This document shows, one piece after another, positions 52,693-61,886 of a stretch of DNA of 64,000 nucleotides; position 1 is the first letter of the stretch, and every line of letters starts with the position of its first letter. The stretch covers positions 1,782 through 65,781 of the forward strand of contig CANQKF010000007.1 of the NCBI GenBank assembly GCA_947624445.1, given 5' to 3'. Source of the stretch: an uncultured Clostridia bacterium (GTDB lineage: Bacteria; Bacillota; Clostridia; Christensenellales; Borkfalkiaceae). The notes under the pieces are model-generated. The model was not told the origin of the DNA and did no database searches. It saw only the letters and a program-made list of their open reading frames with translations. The translations under genes and the position numbers were made by a program.

Positions 52693-52712
52693 GATAAAGT
52701 GAAAAACTTTGC

Positions 52713-52741
52713 TTGACATTTCCCCCGCCGTGCGGTACAAT
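52713..52741 (+). promoter_or_regulatory. Sigma-A-type promoter
   Basis: TTGACA, a 17-nt spacer, then TACAAT. Confidence 0.65.
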
Positions 52742-52774
52742 ATTTGAAAAAATTTCCGTAAAAGGAGAACGGCA

Positions 52775-53332
52775 ATGGAAAAGAACAAGACGGCGATCCT
52801 CGTCGTGGATATGCTCAACGATTTTGTGACGGGCGCGCTGAAATGCGATCGCGGGCTCGCCATCGTCCCCAAGACGGCGGAGCTGCTCCGCGGCGCGAGA
52901 AAAGCGGGGGTACCCGTCGTTTTTTGCAATGACGCGCACATCAAGGGGATCGACCATGAACTCAAACTCTGGGGGGATCACGCCATCGCGGGCACCAAGG
53001 GCGCGGAGGTCATCCCCGAGCTCGAGCTCTCGCCGCAGGACTACGTGGTGCCCAAGCGCAGGTATTCGGGCTTCTTCCACACCGACCTCGATCTGCTCCT
53101 CCGCGAGCTCGGCGTGGAGACCGTCATCATGACGGGGCTGCACGCGCACATGTGCGTGCGCCACACCTCGGCGGACGCCTACCAGCTGGGCTACAACGTC
53201 GTCGCCGCCATCGACGCGATGGATAGCTTCACGAAAGAGGATTACGAATACGGCATCAAGTACCTGCACGATACCTACAGCGCCGAACTCAAGACGGTCG
53301 ATGAACTCCTCGCCGAGATGAACGCACAATAA
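52775..53332 (+). CDS. Isochorismatase-family cysteine hydrolase (nicotinamidase-like)
   Basis: AILVVDMLNDF and the catalytic Cys region TGLHAHMCVRHT. Confidence 0.85.
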   Translation: MEKNKTAILVVDMLNDFVTGALKCDRGLAIVPKTAELLRGARKAGVPVVFCNDAHIKGIDHELKLWGDHAIAGTKGAEVIPELELSPQDYVVPKRRYSGFFHTDLDLLLRELGVETVIMTGLHAHMCVRHTSADAYQLGYNVVAAIDAMDSFTKEDYEYGIKYLHDTYSAELKTVDELLAEMNAQ

Positions 53333-53361
53333 CGTGCCAAAAGAGCGAAACATGAGCGAAG

Positions 53362-53397
53362 AGCGCGCCGCGGACGGCTGTCCGCGGCGCGCTTCTT
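53362..53397 (+). terminator. Intrinsic terminator-like hairpin
   Basis: AGCGCGCCGCGGAC-ggct-GTCCGCGGCGCGCT is a perfect 14-bp stem, followed by TCTT. Confidence 0.6.
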
Positions 53398-53451
53398 AAA
53401 ACAACCAACGGGCCCCCCTGAAAATAACCGACGGCCCCATGGAAAGGAAGG

Positions 53452-53803
53452 TTATTCCAACGCTTTGAAAAACAGGATCGCATCGTGCCCTTTTTGATTT
53501 TTGTAACGAGAATGGTCCGTTTCGAACCCGACTTTTGATGCAGTTTTCCGCTTGCGAAATTCCCGGCGCGTACTTGCCGATAGACGATCGCCCGGATCGG
53601 CAGATCCAGGCAATCGAACTTTTGCAGTAAAACGTCGCTCCTTCTGCTTCCATCGCAGCGCATTGTTTGCGCCAAATCGGCCCACGCTCCGCAGAGTTCG
53701 AAAAAGTGAAAAAGTGGGGGGATGTGGTATCCGATTTCACATTTTCGCGTCCGTACGGCCGCTGTTTTCCGCACAAACGCGGAAGGAAATGAACGGGGGG
53801 CAT
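53452..53803 (-). pseudogene. Decayed GNAT-type acetyltransferase remnant (multiple frameshifts)
   Basis: Three minus-strand frames each hold a GNAT-like piece: AAMEAEGATFYCKSSIAWICRSGRSSIGK, then AIVYRQVRAGNFASGKLHQKSG, then VGFETDHSRYKNQKGHDAILFFKALE followed by a stop. No single frame is intact, and local G+C is lower than in the neighbours. Confidence 0.4.
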
Positions 53804-53825
53804 GTCCGAGACATACCCCCCGTTC
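53791..53825 (-). terminator. Hairpin downstream of glyQS
   Basis: GAACGGGGGGCATGT-ccgag-ACATACCCCCCGTTC (one mismatch). The minus strand continues ATTTCCTT. Confidence 0.5.
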
Positions 53826-53838
53826 TATGTTTGTATCT

Positions 53839-55209
53839 TCAAAATTCGCATTTTTGGGCGAGGAAGGCGAGAACTTCGTCGCAGGTCATGCGGACCTGCT
53901 CCATCGTGTCGCGGTCGCGCACCGTCACCGTGCCGTTTTCGAGGGTCTCGAAGTCCACGGTGAGGCAGAAAGGGGTGCCGATCTCGTCCTGACGGCGATA
54001 GCGCTTGCCGATGGAGCCCGCCTCGTCGTAGATGACTGCAAAGCGCTTTTTGAGCTTCGCGAGCAGCTCCTTCGCCTGCGGGGCGAGGTTCTTCTGGAGG
54101 GGCAGCACGGCGGCCTTGTAAGCGGCGATCGCGGGGTGGAAGTGGAGCACGCTGCGCACGTCGCCGCCCTCGAGCGTCTCCTCCTCGTAGGCCTCCGAGA
54201 GCACGGCGAGCATGAGGCGGTCGGCGCCGATCGAATATTCGATGACATAGGGGATATACTTCTCCCCGTTCATGGGATCGACATAGGTGAGCGTCTTGCC
54301 CGAGTACTCCTGGTGGCGGGAGAGATCGTAGTCGGTGCGGTTGTGGATGCCGTTGAGCTCCTGCCAGCCCATGGGATAGAGATATTGGATATCGCACGCC
54401 TCTTTGGCGTAGTGGGCGAGCTTCTCGTGGTCGTGGAAGCGCAGATGTTCGGGACGGAAGCCGAGGTCGATGAGGAAGTCGTATGCCCGCTTCTTGAACT
54501 CTTGATAATATGCTTCGTCGGTGCCCTCTTTGCAGAACCACTGGTGCTCCATCTGCTCGAATTCGATGGTGCGGAAGATGAAGTTGCCCGGGGTGATCTC
54601 GTTGCGGAAGGCCTTGCCGATCTGCGCGATGCCGAAGGGGACCTTGGCGCGGGTGGTGCGCTGGACGTTGAGGAAGTTGACAAACTCGCCCTGCGCCGTC
54701 TCGGGGCGGAGATAGATCTTGTTCTGGCTCTCGTCGGTGACGCCGCGGCTCGTCTCGAACATCAGGTTGAAGGTGCGGATGGGCGTCCAGTCGAAGCCGC
54801 CGCAGACGGGGCAATGCACCTCGTGCGTGCGGATGTAGGCCTCCATCTCCTCGTTGGTCATGAGGTCGGGATCCACGGCGCCCTTGGCGTGCGCTTCGAT
54901 GAGATTATCGGCGCGGTGGCGGGTCTTGCACTTCTTGCAATCCATCTTGGGATCGGAAAAGGAGGTCGTGTGCCCGCTCGCCTCCCACACGCGGGAATTC
55001 ATGAGGATCGCCGCGTCCACGCCGTAGGAATTTTCGCTCTCGTAGACGAAGCGCTTCCACCACGCCCGCTTGATGTTGTTCTTGATCTCGACGCCGACGG
55101 GGCCGTAGTCCCACGTGTTGCCCATGCCGCCGTAGATCTCGGAGCCGGGGAAGATGATGCCGCGCGCCTTGCAGAGGGCGACGAGCTTCTCCATAGTCAC
55201 ATCTGCCAT
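53839..55209 (-). CDS. glyQS: Glycine--tRNA ligase (homodimeric class II type)
   Basis: GSEIYGGMGNTWDYGPVGVEIKNNIKRAWW; full-length GlyRS similarity. Confidence 0.95.
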   Translation of the reverse strand: MADVTMEKLVALCKARGIIFPGSEIYGGMGNTWDYGPVGVEIKNNIKRAWWKRFVYESENSYGVDAAILMNSRVWEASGHTTSFSDPKMDCKKCKTRHRADNLIEAHAKGAVDPDLMTNEEMEAYIRTHEVHCPVCGGFDWTPIRTFNLMFETSRGVTDESQNKIYLRPETAQGEFVNFLNVQRTTRAKVPFGIAQIGKAFRNEITPGNFIFRTIEFEQMEHQWFCKEGTDEAYYQEFKKRAYDFLIDLGFRPEHLRFHDHEKLAHYAKEACDIQYLYPMGWQELNGIHNRTDYDLSRHQEYSGKTLTYVDPMNGEKYIPYVIEYSIGADRLMLAVLSEAYEEETLEGGDVRSVLHFHPAIAAYKAAVLPLQKNLAPQAKELLAKLKKRFAVIYDEAGSIGKRYRRQDEIGTPFCLTVDFETLENGTVTVRDRDTMEQVRMTCDEVLAFLAQKCEF

Positions 55210-55240
55210 AGTATGCCTGCCTTTGATTTCTTTTCGTGAT

Positions 55241-55270
55241 ATTATAGCATTCCGCGCGAAAACCCGTCAA
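55241..55270 (-). promoter_or_regulatory. Sigma-A-type promoter of glyQS
   Basis: Minus strand reads TTGACG, an 18-nt spacer, then TGcTATAAT. The leader is only about 30 nt, so there is no room for a T-box. Confidence 0.6.
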
Positions 55271-55304
55271 GCGATTGCGCGGGCTGCGAAAAAATCTTTT
55301 CGGG

Positions 55305-56156
55305 CTACACCCTGCACAGCTTGAAGAGGGCGGTGGCGCCGAACGTCCCCGCGCCGAAGAGGAGGAACCATTTGAGGAGGGTGAAGCCGAGCCCCTCGGG
55401 GAAGAGCAGGGCGACGCCGAACATCGCCCCCGCGGCGAGCCCCCCGAGCGGGATGTGCAAAAGGCGCTTCCAGAGGACGTCCGTCTCTTTGTACTTCAAA
55501 AAGGAGCACAGGGGCAGGAAAAACGCGGCGCCCGAGAGGAGGGCGGTCATCTGCACGTGGTCGTGCTCGGGATAGAAGGGGAGGGTGAGCAGCAGCGCCG
55601 CGGCGAGCCCCATGAGGCAGAAATAGCGCGCCTTGTAGGCGTAGCGGTAAACAAGATGCCACAGGACCGCGATGAGCACGCCGAGCGCGGTGCCGAGGAG
55701 GACGTCCGTCGGATAGTGCACGCCGAAGTACATCCGCGAACAGCACACGAGCGCGATGAGCACCCCGAAAAGTACCCACCCGTATATCTTTTTTCGCAAC
55801 ATCGCCCCCGCGCAGAGCGCAGAGGAAGTCGCCTGCGCGTGCCCGCTCGGGCAGGAGAGCGTATCGCCGAGATCGCGCGTGGAAAAGAGGGGGGTATCCA
55901 CGTCTCTCCGCGAGACGACGCCCGCGGCATACGGGCGGGGACGGGAGATCGCGTTTTTGAGGAAGGCGTTGACCGCGGCGGAGGAGACCGCCGTGACGAG
56001 CAGCTGTTCGCCCGTTCTTCGCGGGAGCAACCAGAAGAGCAGGAGCACGATGACGCCCACGGTGAGCCCTTCCCCCAAAAAAGAGAAGATCCCGAAGATC
56101 CAATCGAGCGGGACGCAGCGGATCCCCTCGAAAAATTTCAGTATTGCAGGTTCCAT
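55305..56156 (-). CDS. PAP2-family phosphatase (membrane)
   Basis: ATG 56156 (MEPAILKFF). Motifs KNAISRPRP, CPSGHA and SRMYFGVHYPTDV. Confidence 0.85.
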   Translation of the reverse strand: MEPAILKFFEGIRCVPLDWIFGIFSFLGEGLTVGVIVLLLFWLLPRRTGEQLLVTAVSSAAVNAFLKNAISRPRPYAAGVVSRRDVDTPLFSTRDLGDTLSCPSGHAQATSSALCAGAMLRKKIYGWVLFGVLIALVCCSRMYFGVHYPTDVLLGTALGVLIAVLWHLVYRYAYKARYFCLMGLAAALLLTLPFYPEHDHVQMTALLSGAAFFLPLCSFLKYKETDVLWKRLLHIPLGGLAAGAMFGVALLFPEGLGFTLLKWFLLFGAGTFGATALFKLCRV

Positions 56157-56298
56157 ATCCCGATTATAGCACAATTTCCAAAAAAATGTCGCATAAAACG
56201 GTATCATTTTTTTCGGGAGTATGATATAATTGTGCCGTACGAGTATTTTTGTTCCGCAGGCGCGCCCTGCGGGCGACGAGGACAACGGGAGAAAGACT

Positions 56299-57918
56299 AT
56301 GGCGGAAGCGGAAAATTTCATCCAGGCATTCATCGACGAGGACCTCGCGGCGGGGAAGATCTCCGCGGTCAAGACGAGGTTCCCGCCCGAGCCCAACGGC
56401 TATCTGCACATCGGGCACGCCAAGAGCATGTTCGTCAACTTCGGCACGGCGGAAAAATACGGGGGGACGTGCAATCTCTTTTTCGACGACACCAACCCCT
56501 CCAAGGAAAAGACGGAGTATGTCGACGCCATCCGCCGCGACATCGAATGGCTGGGCTACCGTTGGGAGAAGGAGGTCTACGCCTCGGACTTCTTCGATAT
56601 CATCTACGACGACGCGGAGAAACTGATCGAAGCGGGCAAGGCGTTCGTGTGCGACCTCTCCGCCGAGGAGATCAAGGCGACCCGCGGCACGCTCACCGAG
56701 CCCGGCACGGAGAGCCCCTACCGGAACCGCACGCCCGAGGAGAATCTCCGCCTCTTCCGCGAGATGCGGGCGGGCAAGTATGCGGACGGCGAGAAGTGCC
56801 TCCGCGCCAAAATCGACATGGCGTCCCCCAACATCAACCTCCGCGACCCCGTCATCTACCGCATTCTGCGCGCCGAACATCACCGCACGGGCAACAAGTG
56901 GTGCATCTATCCGATGTACGACTACGCCCATCCCATCTGCGACTATTTGCAGGGGGTCACCCATTCCCTCTGCACGCTTGAATTCGAGGACCACCGCCCG
57001 CTCTACGATTGGGTGGGGATCAATCTCGGCTTCTCGCCCAAGCCCCGCCAGATCGAGTTCGCGCGGCTCAACCTCACCAACCTCGTCATGAGCAAGCGCT
57101 ATTTGAAGAAGCTCGTCGAGGAAAAGACGGTCCACGGCTGGGACGATCCGCGCATGCCCACGCTCGCGGGGCTACGCGCCCGCGGCATCCCCGCGGAGGC
57201 GATCAAGGATTTCTGCGCCCGCATCGGCGTCGCGAAGGCGCAGTCGGAGTGCGAGATCGGCTACTTCGAGGCGGTCGTCCGCGATTGGCTCAACCTGCAC
57301 GCCCCCCGCGCGATGGCGGTCACGGCGCCCCTCAAGCTCACGATCGTGAACTACGAGGGCGAGGAGGACGTCGACTTCGAGATCAACCAGCTCGATGAAA
57401 CGGCGGGCACCCGCAAGGTGAAGTTCGGCAAGACGCTCTGGATCGAGCAGGCGGACTTCTCGCTCGACCCGCCGCCCAAGTATCACAGGCTCAAACTCGG
57501 CGGCTACGCCCGTCTCAAAAACGCCTACATTGTGCGGGCGGACGAGGCGGTGACCGATGAAAACGGCAACGTCACCGAGGTAAAGTGCACCTATATCCCC
57601 GAGAGCCGCAGCGGGAACGATACGAGCGGCATCAAGGCGAAAGGGGTGCTCCATTGGGTGAACGCCGCGGCCTGCGTGGACGCGGAGCTCCGCCAATACG
57701 ACCATCTTCTCCGCGACGCGGACTACGCGGGGCAGGATTTTTCGGAGCGCATCCGCGCCGACAGCGAGCACATCTTCGCCGCAAAGGCGGAGCCCTATCT
57801 CGCCGAGAACGAGGGGAGCTACCAGCTCATGCGCACGGGTTACTACCGCGCCTTCCGCGAGGGCGAGAAGCTCGTGCTCTCGGAGATCGTTTCGCTCAAA
57901 GATAATTTCAACAAGTAA
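56299..57918 (+). CDS. glnS: Glutamine--tRNA ligase
   Basis: TRFPPEPNGYLHIGHAKSMFVNFGTAEKYGGTCNLFFDDTNP closely matches the GlnRS signature. VMSKR motif present. Confidence 0.9.
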   Translation: MAEAENFIQAFIDEDLAAGKISAVKTRFPPEPNGYLHIGHAKSMFVNFGTAEKYGGTCNLFFDDTNPSKEKTEYVDAIRRDIEWLGYRWEKEVYASDFFDIIYDDAEKLIEAGKAFVCDLSAEEIKATRGTLTEPGTESPYRNRTPEENLRLFREMRAGKYADGEKCLRAKIDMASPNINLRDPVIYRILRAEHHRTGNKWCIYPMYDYAHPICDYLQGVTHSLCTLEFEDHRPLYDWVGINLGFSPKPRQIEFARLNLTNLVMSKRYLKKLVEEKTVHGWDDPRMPTLAGLRARGIPAEAIKDFCARIGVAKAQSECEIGYFEAVVRDWLNLHAPRAMAVTAPLKLTIVNYEGEEDVDFEINQLDETAGTRKVKFGKTLWIEQADFSLDPPPKYHRLKLGGYARLKNAYIVRADEAVTDENGNVTEVKCTYIPESRSGNDTSGIKAKGVLHWVNAAACVDAELRQYDHLLRDADYAGQDFSERIRADSEHIFAAKAEPYLAENEGSYQLMRTGYYRAFREGEKLVLSEIVSLKDNFNK

Positions 57919-57947
57919 CGCCCTATCCTATGGGCGGAGGAGGTTCT

Positions 57948-59096
57948 ATGTCGAACTTACTTGCAGGATCCACGGTCACGGTCGTGATCGTCGTTGCCGT
58001 CATCGCAGTCTGCGTGATCGGGCTCGTGGCGGCCGTCTACGGTTTTTTCCGCAAATTCAGCTGCATGGGCTGGATGGCATGGCAGATCCTTTTGAGTTTC
58101 GTTCTGTTGCTTTCGGTGACCTGGCTCCCCGCGACGATGCCCCGCGGCGCCCGTTTCTGGCTGGGAACGGCGTTTCTCCTGATCGGGCTCGGCGTCGTAT
58201 TCGGCGGCGCAACGGTCGGGCGGCACTTCTTGCTCAAACGCTATGAGCCCCTGCCAAAAGTGCTGCGCATCCTCGACCGCGTGTTGGGCGCGGTGACGGC
58301 GGTGCTCGACGTGGTGATGGTATTCGGGATCACCGCGGGCGTCGTCTGCGTCTCGATGGATTCCTTCTTCTTCGAGGGCTCGTCGATCGCGCGCCCCGAA
58401 TTCCTCGCGGTGTTCGAAAACAATGCGGGGTGGGATCTCCTGTCGGCGTTCGTCTTCGATCTCTTCGTCGTCGCGATCTTCTCGCTCTGCGTGAACGCGG
58501 GCTTCCGCGTCGGCTTCGGGCGGATGGCGCTCATCTTCGTGATGTTCGCCCTCACGGCGGGCGCCTTCGCGCTGTCCGCGCTCATGACGATCAAGCTCGG
58601 GATGTTCCGGAGCATGGCGAGCGGCATCGGCGGGGCGATCAAGGGCGTGGATCCCTCGATCGGCGGGATCATCGGCAGCCTCATCACGATGTTCATCCTC
58701 TTCATCGTGCTGTTCGTGGGGGTCGGCTTTGCGGGCTGGGGGCTGAACAAGCTCGTCGCCTACTGCCGCTACAACACCCTCACGGGCATCATCGACAGCG
58801 CGCTGCTCGCCTTCCTCTTCTTCGTGATCATGCTGCTCGTCGCCTGCGGGATCAACGCCCTCGTGGCGTTCCTCGCGAACGACGGGCTCAACGAGTTCGT
58901 CGGCGGGATCGCTTCCGCCATCGGGAGCGCGCTCGGCGGGCAGGGGGACGCCCCGACGGAGAGCCTCACGAACCCCGTGCTCACGGGCGTGTTCGATACG
59001 GTGAAGAACGTCGCGAAGGGCATCGAATCCATCTTCTGCTCCTCGCCCATCTCCCGCTGGCTCTATGAGTCCAATCCCTTCGCCGCGCTCACATAA
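57948..59096 (+). CDS. Polytopic membrane protein, CvpA-like
   Basis: ATG 57948 follows GGCGGAGGAGGTTCT. About eight TM segments; ILDRVLGAVTAVLDVVMVFG resembles the CvpA motif. Confidence 0.6.
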   Translation: MSNLLAGSTVTVVIVVAVIAVCVIGLVAAVYGFFRKFSCMGWMAWQILLSFVLLLSVTWLPATMPRGARFWLGTAFLLIGLGVVFGGATVGRHFLLKRYEPLPKVLRILDRVLGAVTAVLDVVMVFGITAGVVCVSMDSFFFEGSSIARPEFLAVFENNAGWDLLSAFVFDLFVVAIFSLCVNAGFRVGFGRMALIFVMFALTAGAFALSALMTIKLGMFRSMASGIGGAIKGVDPSIGGIIGSLITMFILFIVLFVGVGFAGWGLNKLVAYCRYNTLTGIIDSALLAFLFFVIMLLVACGINALVAFLANDGLNEFVGGIASAIGSALGGQGDAPTESLTNPVLTGVFDTVKNVAKGIESIFCSSPISRWLYESNPFAALT

Positions 59097-59125
59097 GTTG
59101 GAGAAAAATCGGGCATACTCCCTGT

Positions 59126-59491
59126 ATGCTGGACGAAGGATCGCGCGCGCTCCTCGCCGCCGTCAACGGAATGTGCGAGCGGGGCGGCTTCAAGATCATC
59201 GAAGAGGGAGAGCTCGTGCGCGCGTGTCGTCTCGACGCGGAGACGATGCGGCAGACCATGGCGCTGCTCGCGGAGAAAAAGCTCATCGAGCTGCGCTATG
59301 CCGAGGACGGGACCTACTGCGTGCGCCCGCTTCCCGCGGGGAAAGGGTATCTCGCGCGGGAGGCGCAGGAGGCGCGCGAACGCGGAAAGATGCACCGCGA
59401 GGCCTTCCTCTTCGGGGCGGGCGGCGCCGTGCTCGGCGGCGCGCTCTCGGCGCTTTTCGCCTTCGTCCTCGCCCTTCTTCTCCATGTTTAA
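59126..59491 (+). CDS. Small winged-helix-like protein with a C-terminal TM anchor (121 aa)
   Basis: MLDEGSRALLAAVNGMCERGGFKIIEEGELVRAC... The C-terminal FLFGAGGAVLGGALSALFAFVLALLL is hydrophobic. Confidence 0.6.
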   Translation: MLDEGSRALLAAVNGMCERGGFKIIEEGELVRACRLDAETMRQTMALLAEKKLIELRYAEDGTYCVRPLPAGKGYLAREAQEARERGKMHREAFLFGAGGAVLGGALSALFAFVLALLLHV

Positions 59492-59855
59492 CGAAAAGCT
59501 CTCAAAGCGGGAAAACGAGGTGATGGGTGCGGTTTTTTCCCTCTCCGAGGGGAAGGAGCGCTTCCTCGTCTCCCCCTATGAACTGCTCGCGGTGCTGCCC
59601 GGGCGGTCGAATTTCGACGAAGAAAAGCTCGAGCGTGCGCTGCGTGCCCTCGAGCTCGACGGCTATTTCGAGCTTGTCTTTACCGACCGCAAGGGCGAAA
59701 AGACCTACTGCGTGCACATGCGCGAGGCGGGGCTCGCCTACCGCAGGCAGGAGATCCTCCGCAGGCGCAGTCTCTCGGCGCGCCTCATGCTCGCCGCGGT
59801 GTGCGGGATCCTCTCCGCCATGCTCGGTATTTTGCTCAAGCTTTTGCTCGCCTGA
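59484..59855 (+). CDS. Small winged-helix-like protein with a C-terminal TM anchor (123 aa), distant paralog of the previous gene
   Basis: ATG 59484 overlaps the previous gene by 8 nt. KLSKRENEVMGAVFSL resembles the BlaI/MecI-type N-terminus. C-terminal LMLAAVCGILSAMLGILLKLLL. Confidence 0.6.
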   Translation: MFNEKLSKRENEVMGAVFSLSEGKERFLVSPYELLAVLPGRSNFDEEKLERALRALELDGYFELVFTDRKGEKTYCVHMREAGLAYRRQEILRRRSLSARLMLAAVCGILSAMLGILLKLLLA

Positions 59856-59858
59856 CGC

Positions 59859-59887
59859 TTGACATTTCCCCGCGGACGGGGTATAAT
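59859..59887 (+). promoter_or_regulatory. Sigma-A-type promoter of uvrB
   Basis: TTGACA, a 17-nt spacer, then TATAAT. The track ORF start at 59859 is in fact the -35 hexamer. Confidence 0.7.
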
Positions 59888-59918
59888 AAAACAAACGTTC
59901 GAAATACGAGGGAAACCA

Positions 59919-61880
59919 TTGGAGCATTTCGAGTTCAAACTGCATTCTCCCTTCGCGCCGACGGGCGACCAGCCCGAAGCGATCGCCGCCCTCACCGAGG
60001 GCGTGAAGGACGGGATCCGCGCGCAGGTGCTTCTCGGCGTCACGGGCAGCGGCAAGACGTTTACGATGGCGAACGTCATCAAAAACGTGGGGCGCCCCGC
60101 GCTCGTCATCGCCCACAACAAGACGCTCGCCGCCCAGCTCTGCAACGAATTCCGAGAATTCTTCCCCGAAAACAGGGTGGAATTCTTTGTCTCTTATTAC
60201 GATTATTACCAGCCCGAGAGCTACATCCCCTCGACGGATACCTATATCGAAAAAGATATGTCGATGAACGACGAGATCGACAAGCTCCGCAACGCCGCGA
60301 CATGCTCGCTCGGCGAGCGGGACGACGTGATCGTCGTCTCCTCGGTCTCCTGCATCTATGGGCTGGGCGCGCCCGAGGAGTTCTTCCGCCTCGGCGTCTC
60401 GCTCCGTCCCGGGCAGGCGATGGAGCGGGGGGAACTGCTCTCCCGCCTCGTCGATATCCAATATTCCCGCAACGACATGGATTTCAAGCGCTCGACCTTC
60501 CGCGTGCGGGGGGACGTGGTGGAAATTTTCCCCGCGTCCAACTCGGAAGTGGCGATCCGCGTGGAGTTTTTCGGCGACGAGATCGACCGCATTTCCGAGG
60601 AGGACGTTACGACGGGCAAGATCGTCTCCGAGCTCAAGCACGCCGTCATCTTCCCCGCGAGCCACTACGCCGTGGGCAGCGAACGGCTCGCCGCGGCGCT
60701 CGCGATGATCGCGGAGGACCTCGAAGGCGAGGTGAAGGCGTTCGAGACGGAGGGCAAGCTCCTCGAGGCCCAGCGCCTCCGCCAGCGCACCGAGCACGAC
60801 CTCGAGATGATGCGCGAGATCGGCTACTGCTCGGGCATCGAGAACTATTCCCGCTACTTCGACGGCAGGCGCCCCGGGGAGCCCTCGTTCACGCTTTTGG
60901 ATTACTTCCCCGAGAATTTCCTCGTCTTTATCGACGAGAGCCACATGACGCTGCCGCAGATCCGCGCCATGTACAACGGCGACCGCGCGCGGAAGATCAA
61001 TCTGGTGGAGTACGGCTTCCGCATGAAGTCCGCCTTCGACAACCGCCCCCTGACCTTCGAGGAGTTCGACGCGCGCGTCCCGCAGCTCATCTGCGTCTCG
61101 GCGACGCCCGCGCCCTACGAGCTCTCGATCGCGGGCAACGTCGTCGAACAGCTCATCCGTCCGACGGGGCTCTTGGATCCGCCCGTCACCGTGAAGCCCA
61201 CCAAGGGGCAGATCGACGACCTGCTCTCCGAGGTCCGCACGGTCGTAAACACGGGGGGGCGTGTGCTCGTAACGACGCTCACCAAGCGCATGGCGGAGAG
61301 CCTCACCGACTACATGAAGGAGGCGGGCGTCAAGGTCCGCTACATGCACTCGGACATCGATACGCTCGAGCGCATCGACATCGTGAACGGCCTCCGCAGC
61401 GGGGAGTTCGACGTGCTCTGCGGCATCAACCTGCTCCGCGAGGGGCTGGATCTCCCCGAGGTGAAGCTCGTCGCCATCCTCGACGCCGACAAAGAGGGGT
61501 TCCTCCGCAGCGAGACCTCCCTCGTGCAGACGATCGGGCGCGCCGCGCGCAACGCGGAGGGGCGGGTCATCATGTATGCCGACGAAATGACGGGCAGCAT
61601 GCAGCGCGCCATCGGCGAGACCGAGCGCAGACGGGCCAAACAACAGGCCTACAATGCGGCGCACGGCGTCGTGCCGCGGACGATCGTCAAAGATATCAAG
61701 AGCACGCTCTCCATCACGGGCAAGGCAAAGAAGGGCGCCGAGATCGCCGCGAAGGACATCCCCGAGGAGATCGAAAAGCTCAAAACGCTCATGCGCATCG
61801 CCTCCAACGCGCTCGACTTCGAGAAGGCGATCGAGATCCGCGAGACCATCAACGACCTGCGCAAACGCATGCGGAAATGA
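59919..61880 (+). CDS. uvrB: Excinuclease ABC subunit B
   Basis: TTG 59919 follows GAGGGAAACCA. (M)[37 protein letters not shown], and a C-terminal UVR motif. Confidence 0.95.
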   Translation: MEHFEFKLHSPFAPTGDQPEAIAALTEGVKDGIRAQVLLGVTGSGKTFTMANVIKNVGRPALVIAHNKTLAAQLCNEFREFFPENRVEFFVSYYDYYQPESYIPSTDTYIEKDMSMNDEIDKLRNAATCSLGERDDVIVVSSVSCIYGLGAPEEFFRLGVSLRPGQAMERGELLSRLVDIQYSRNDMDFKRSTFRVRGDVVEIFPASNSEVAIRVEFFGDEIDRISEEDVTTGKIVSELKHAVIFPASHYAVGSERLAAALAMIAEDLEGEVKAFETEGKLLEAQRLRQRTEHDLEMMREIGYCSGIENYSRYFDGRRPGEPSFTLLDYFPENFLVFIDESHMTLPQIRAMYNGDRARKINLVEYGFRMKSAFDNRPLTFEEFDARVPQLICVSATPAPYELSIAGNVVEQLIRPTGLLDPPVTVKPTKGQIDDLLSEVRTVVNTGGRVLVTTLTKRMAESLTDYMKEAGVKVRYMHSDIDTLERIDIVNGLRSGEFDVLCGINLLREGLDLPEVKLVAILDADKEGFLRSETSLVQTIGRAARNAEGRVIMYADEMTGSMQRAIGETERRRAKQQAYNAAHGVVPRTIVKDIKSTLSITGKAKKGAEIAAKDIPEEIEKLKTLMRIASNALDFEKAIEIRETINDLRKRMRK

Positions 61881-61886
61881 GGGGGT

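Noticed and set aside
53510-53540. TTCGAACCC motif reminiscent of a tRNA T-arm
   Set aside because: The flanking bases cannot form the T-stem, and no acceptor or anticodon arms can be drawn on either strand. It lies within the GNAT remnant.
53722-55239. 505-aa plus-strand ORF
   Set aside because: It is antisense to glyQS and has a junk composition.
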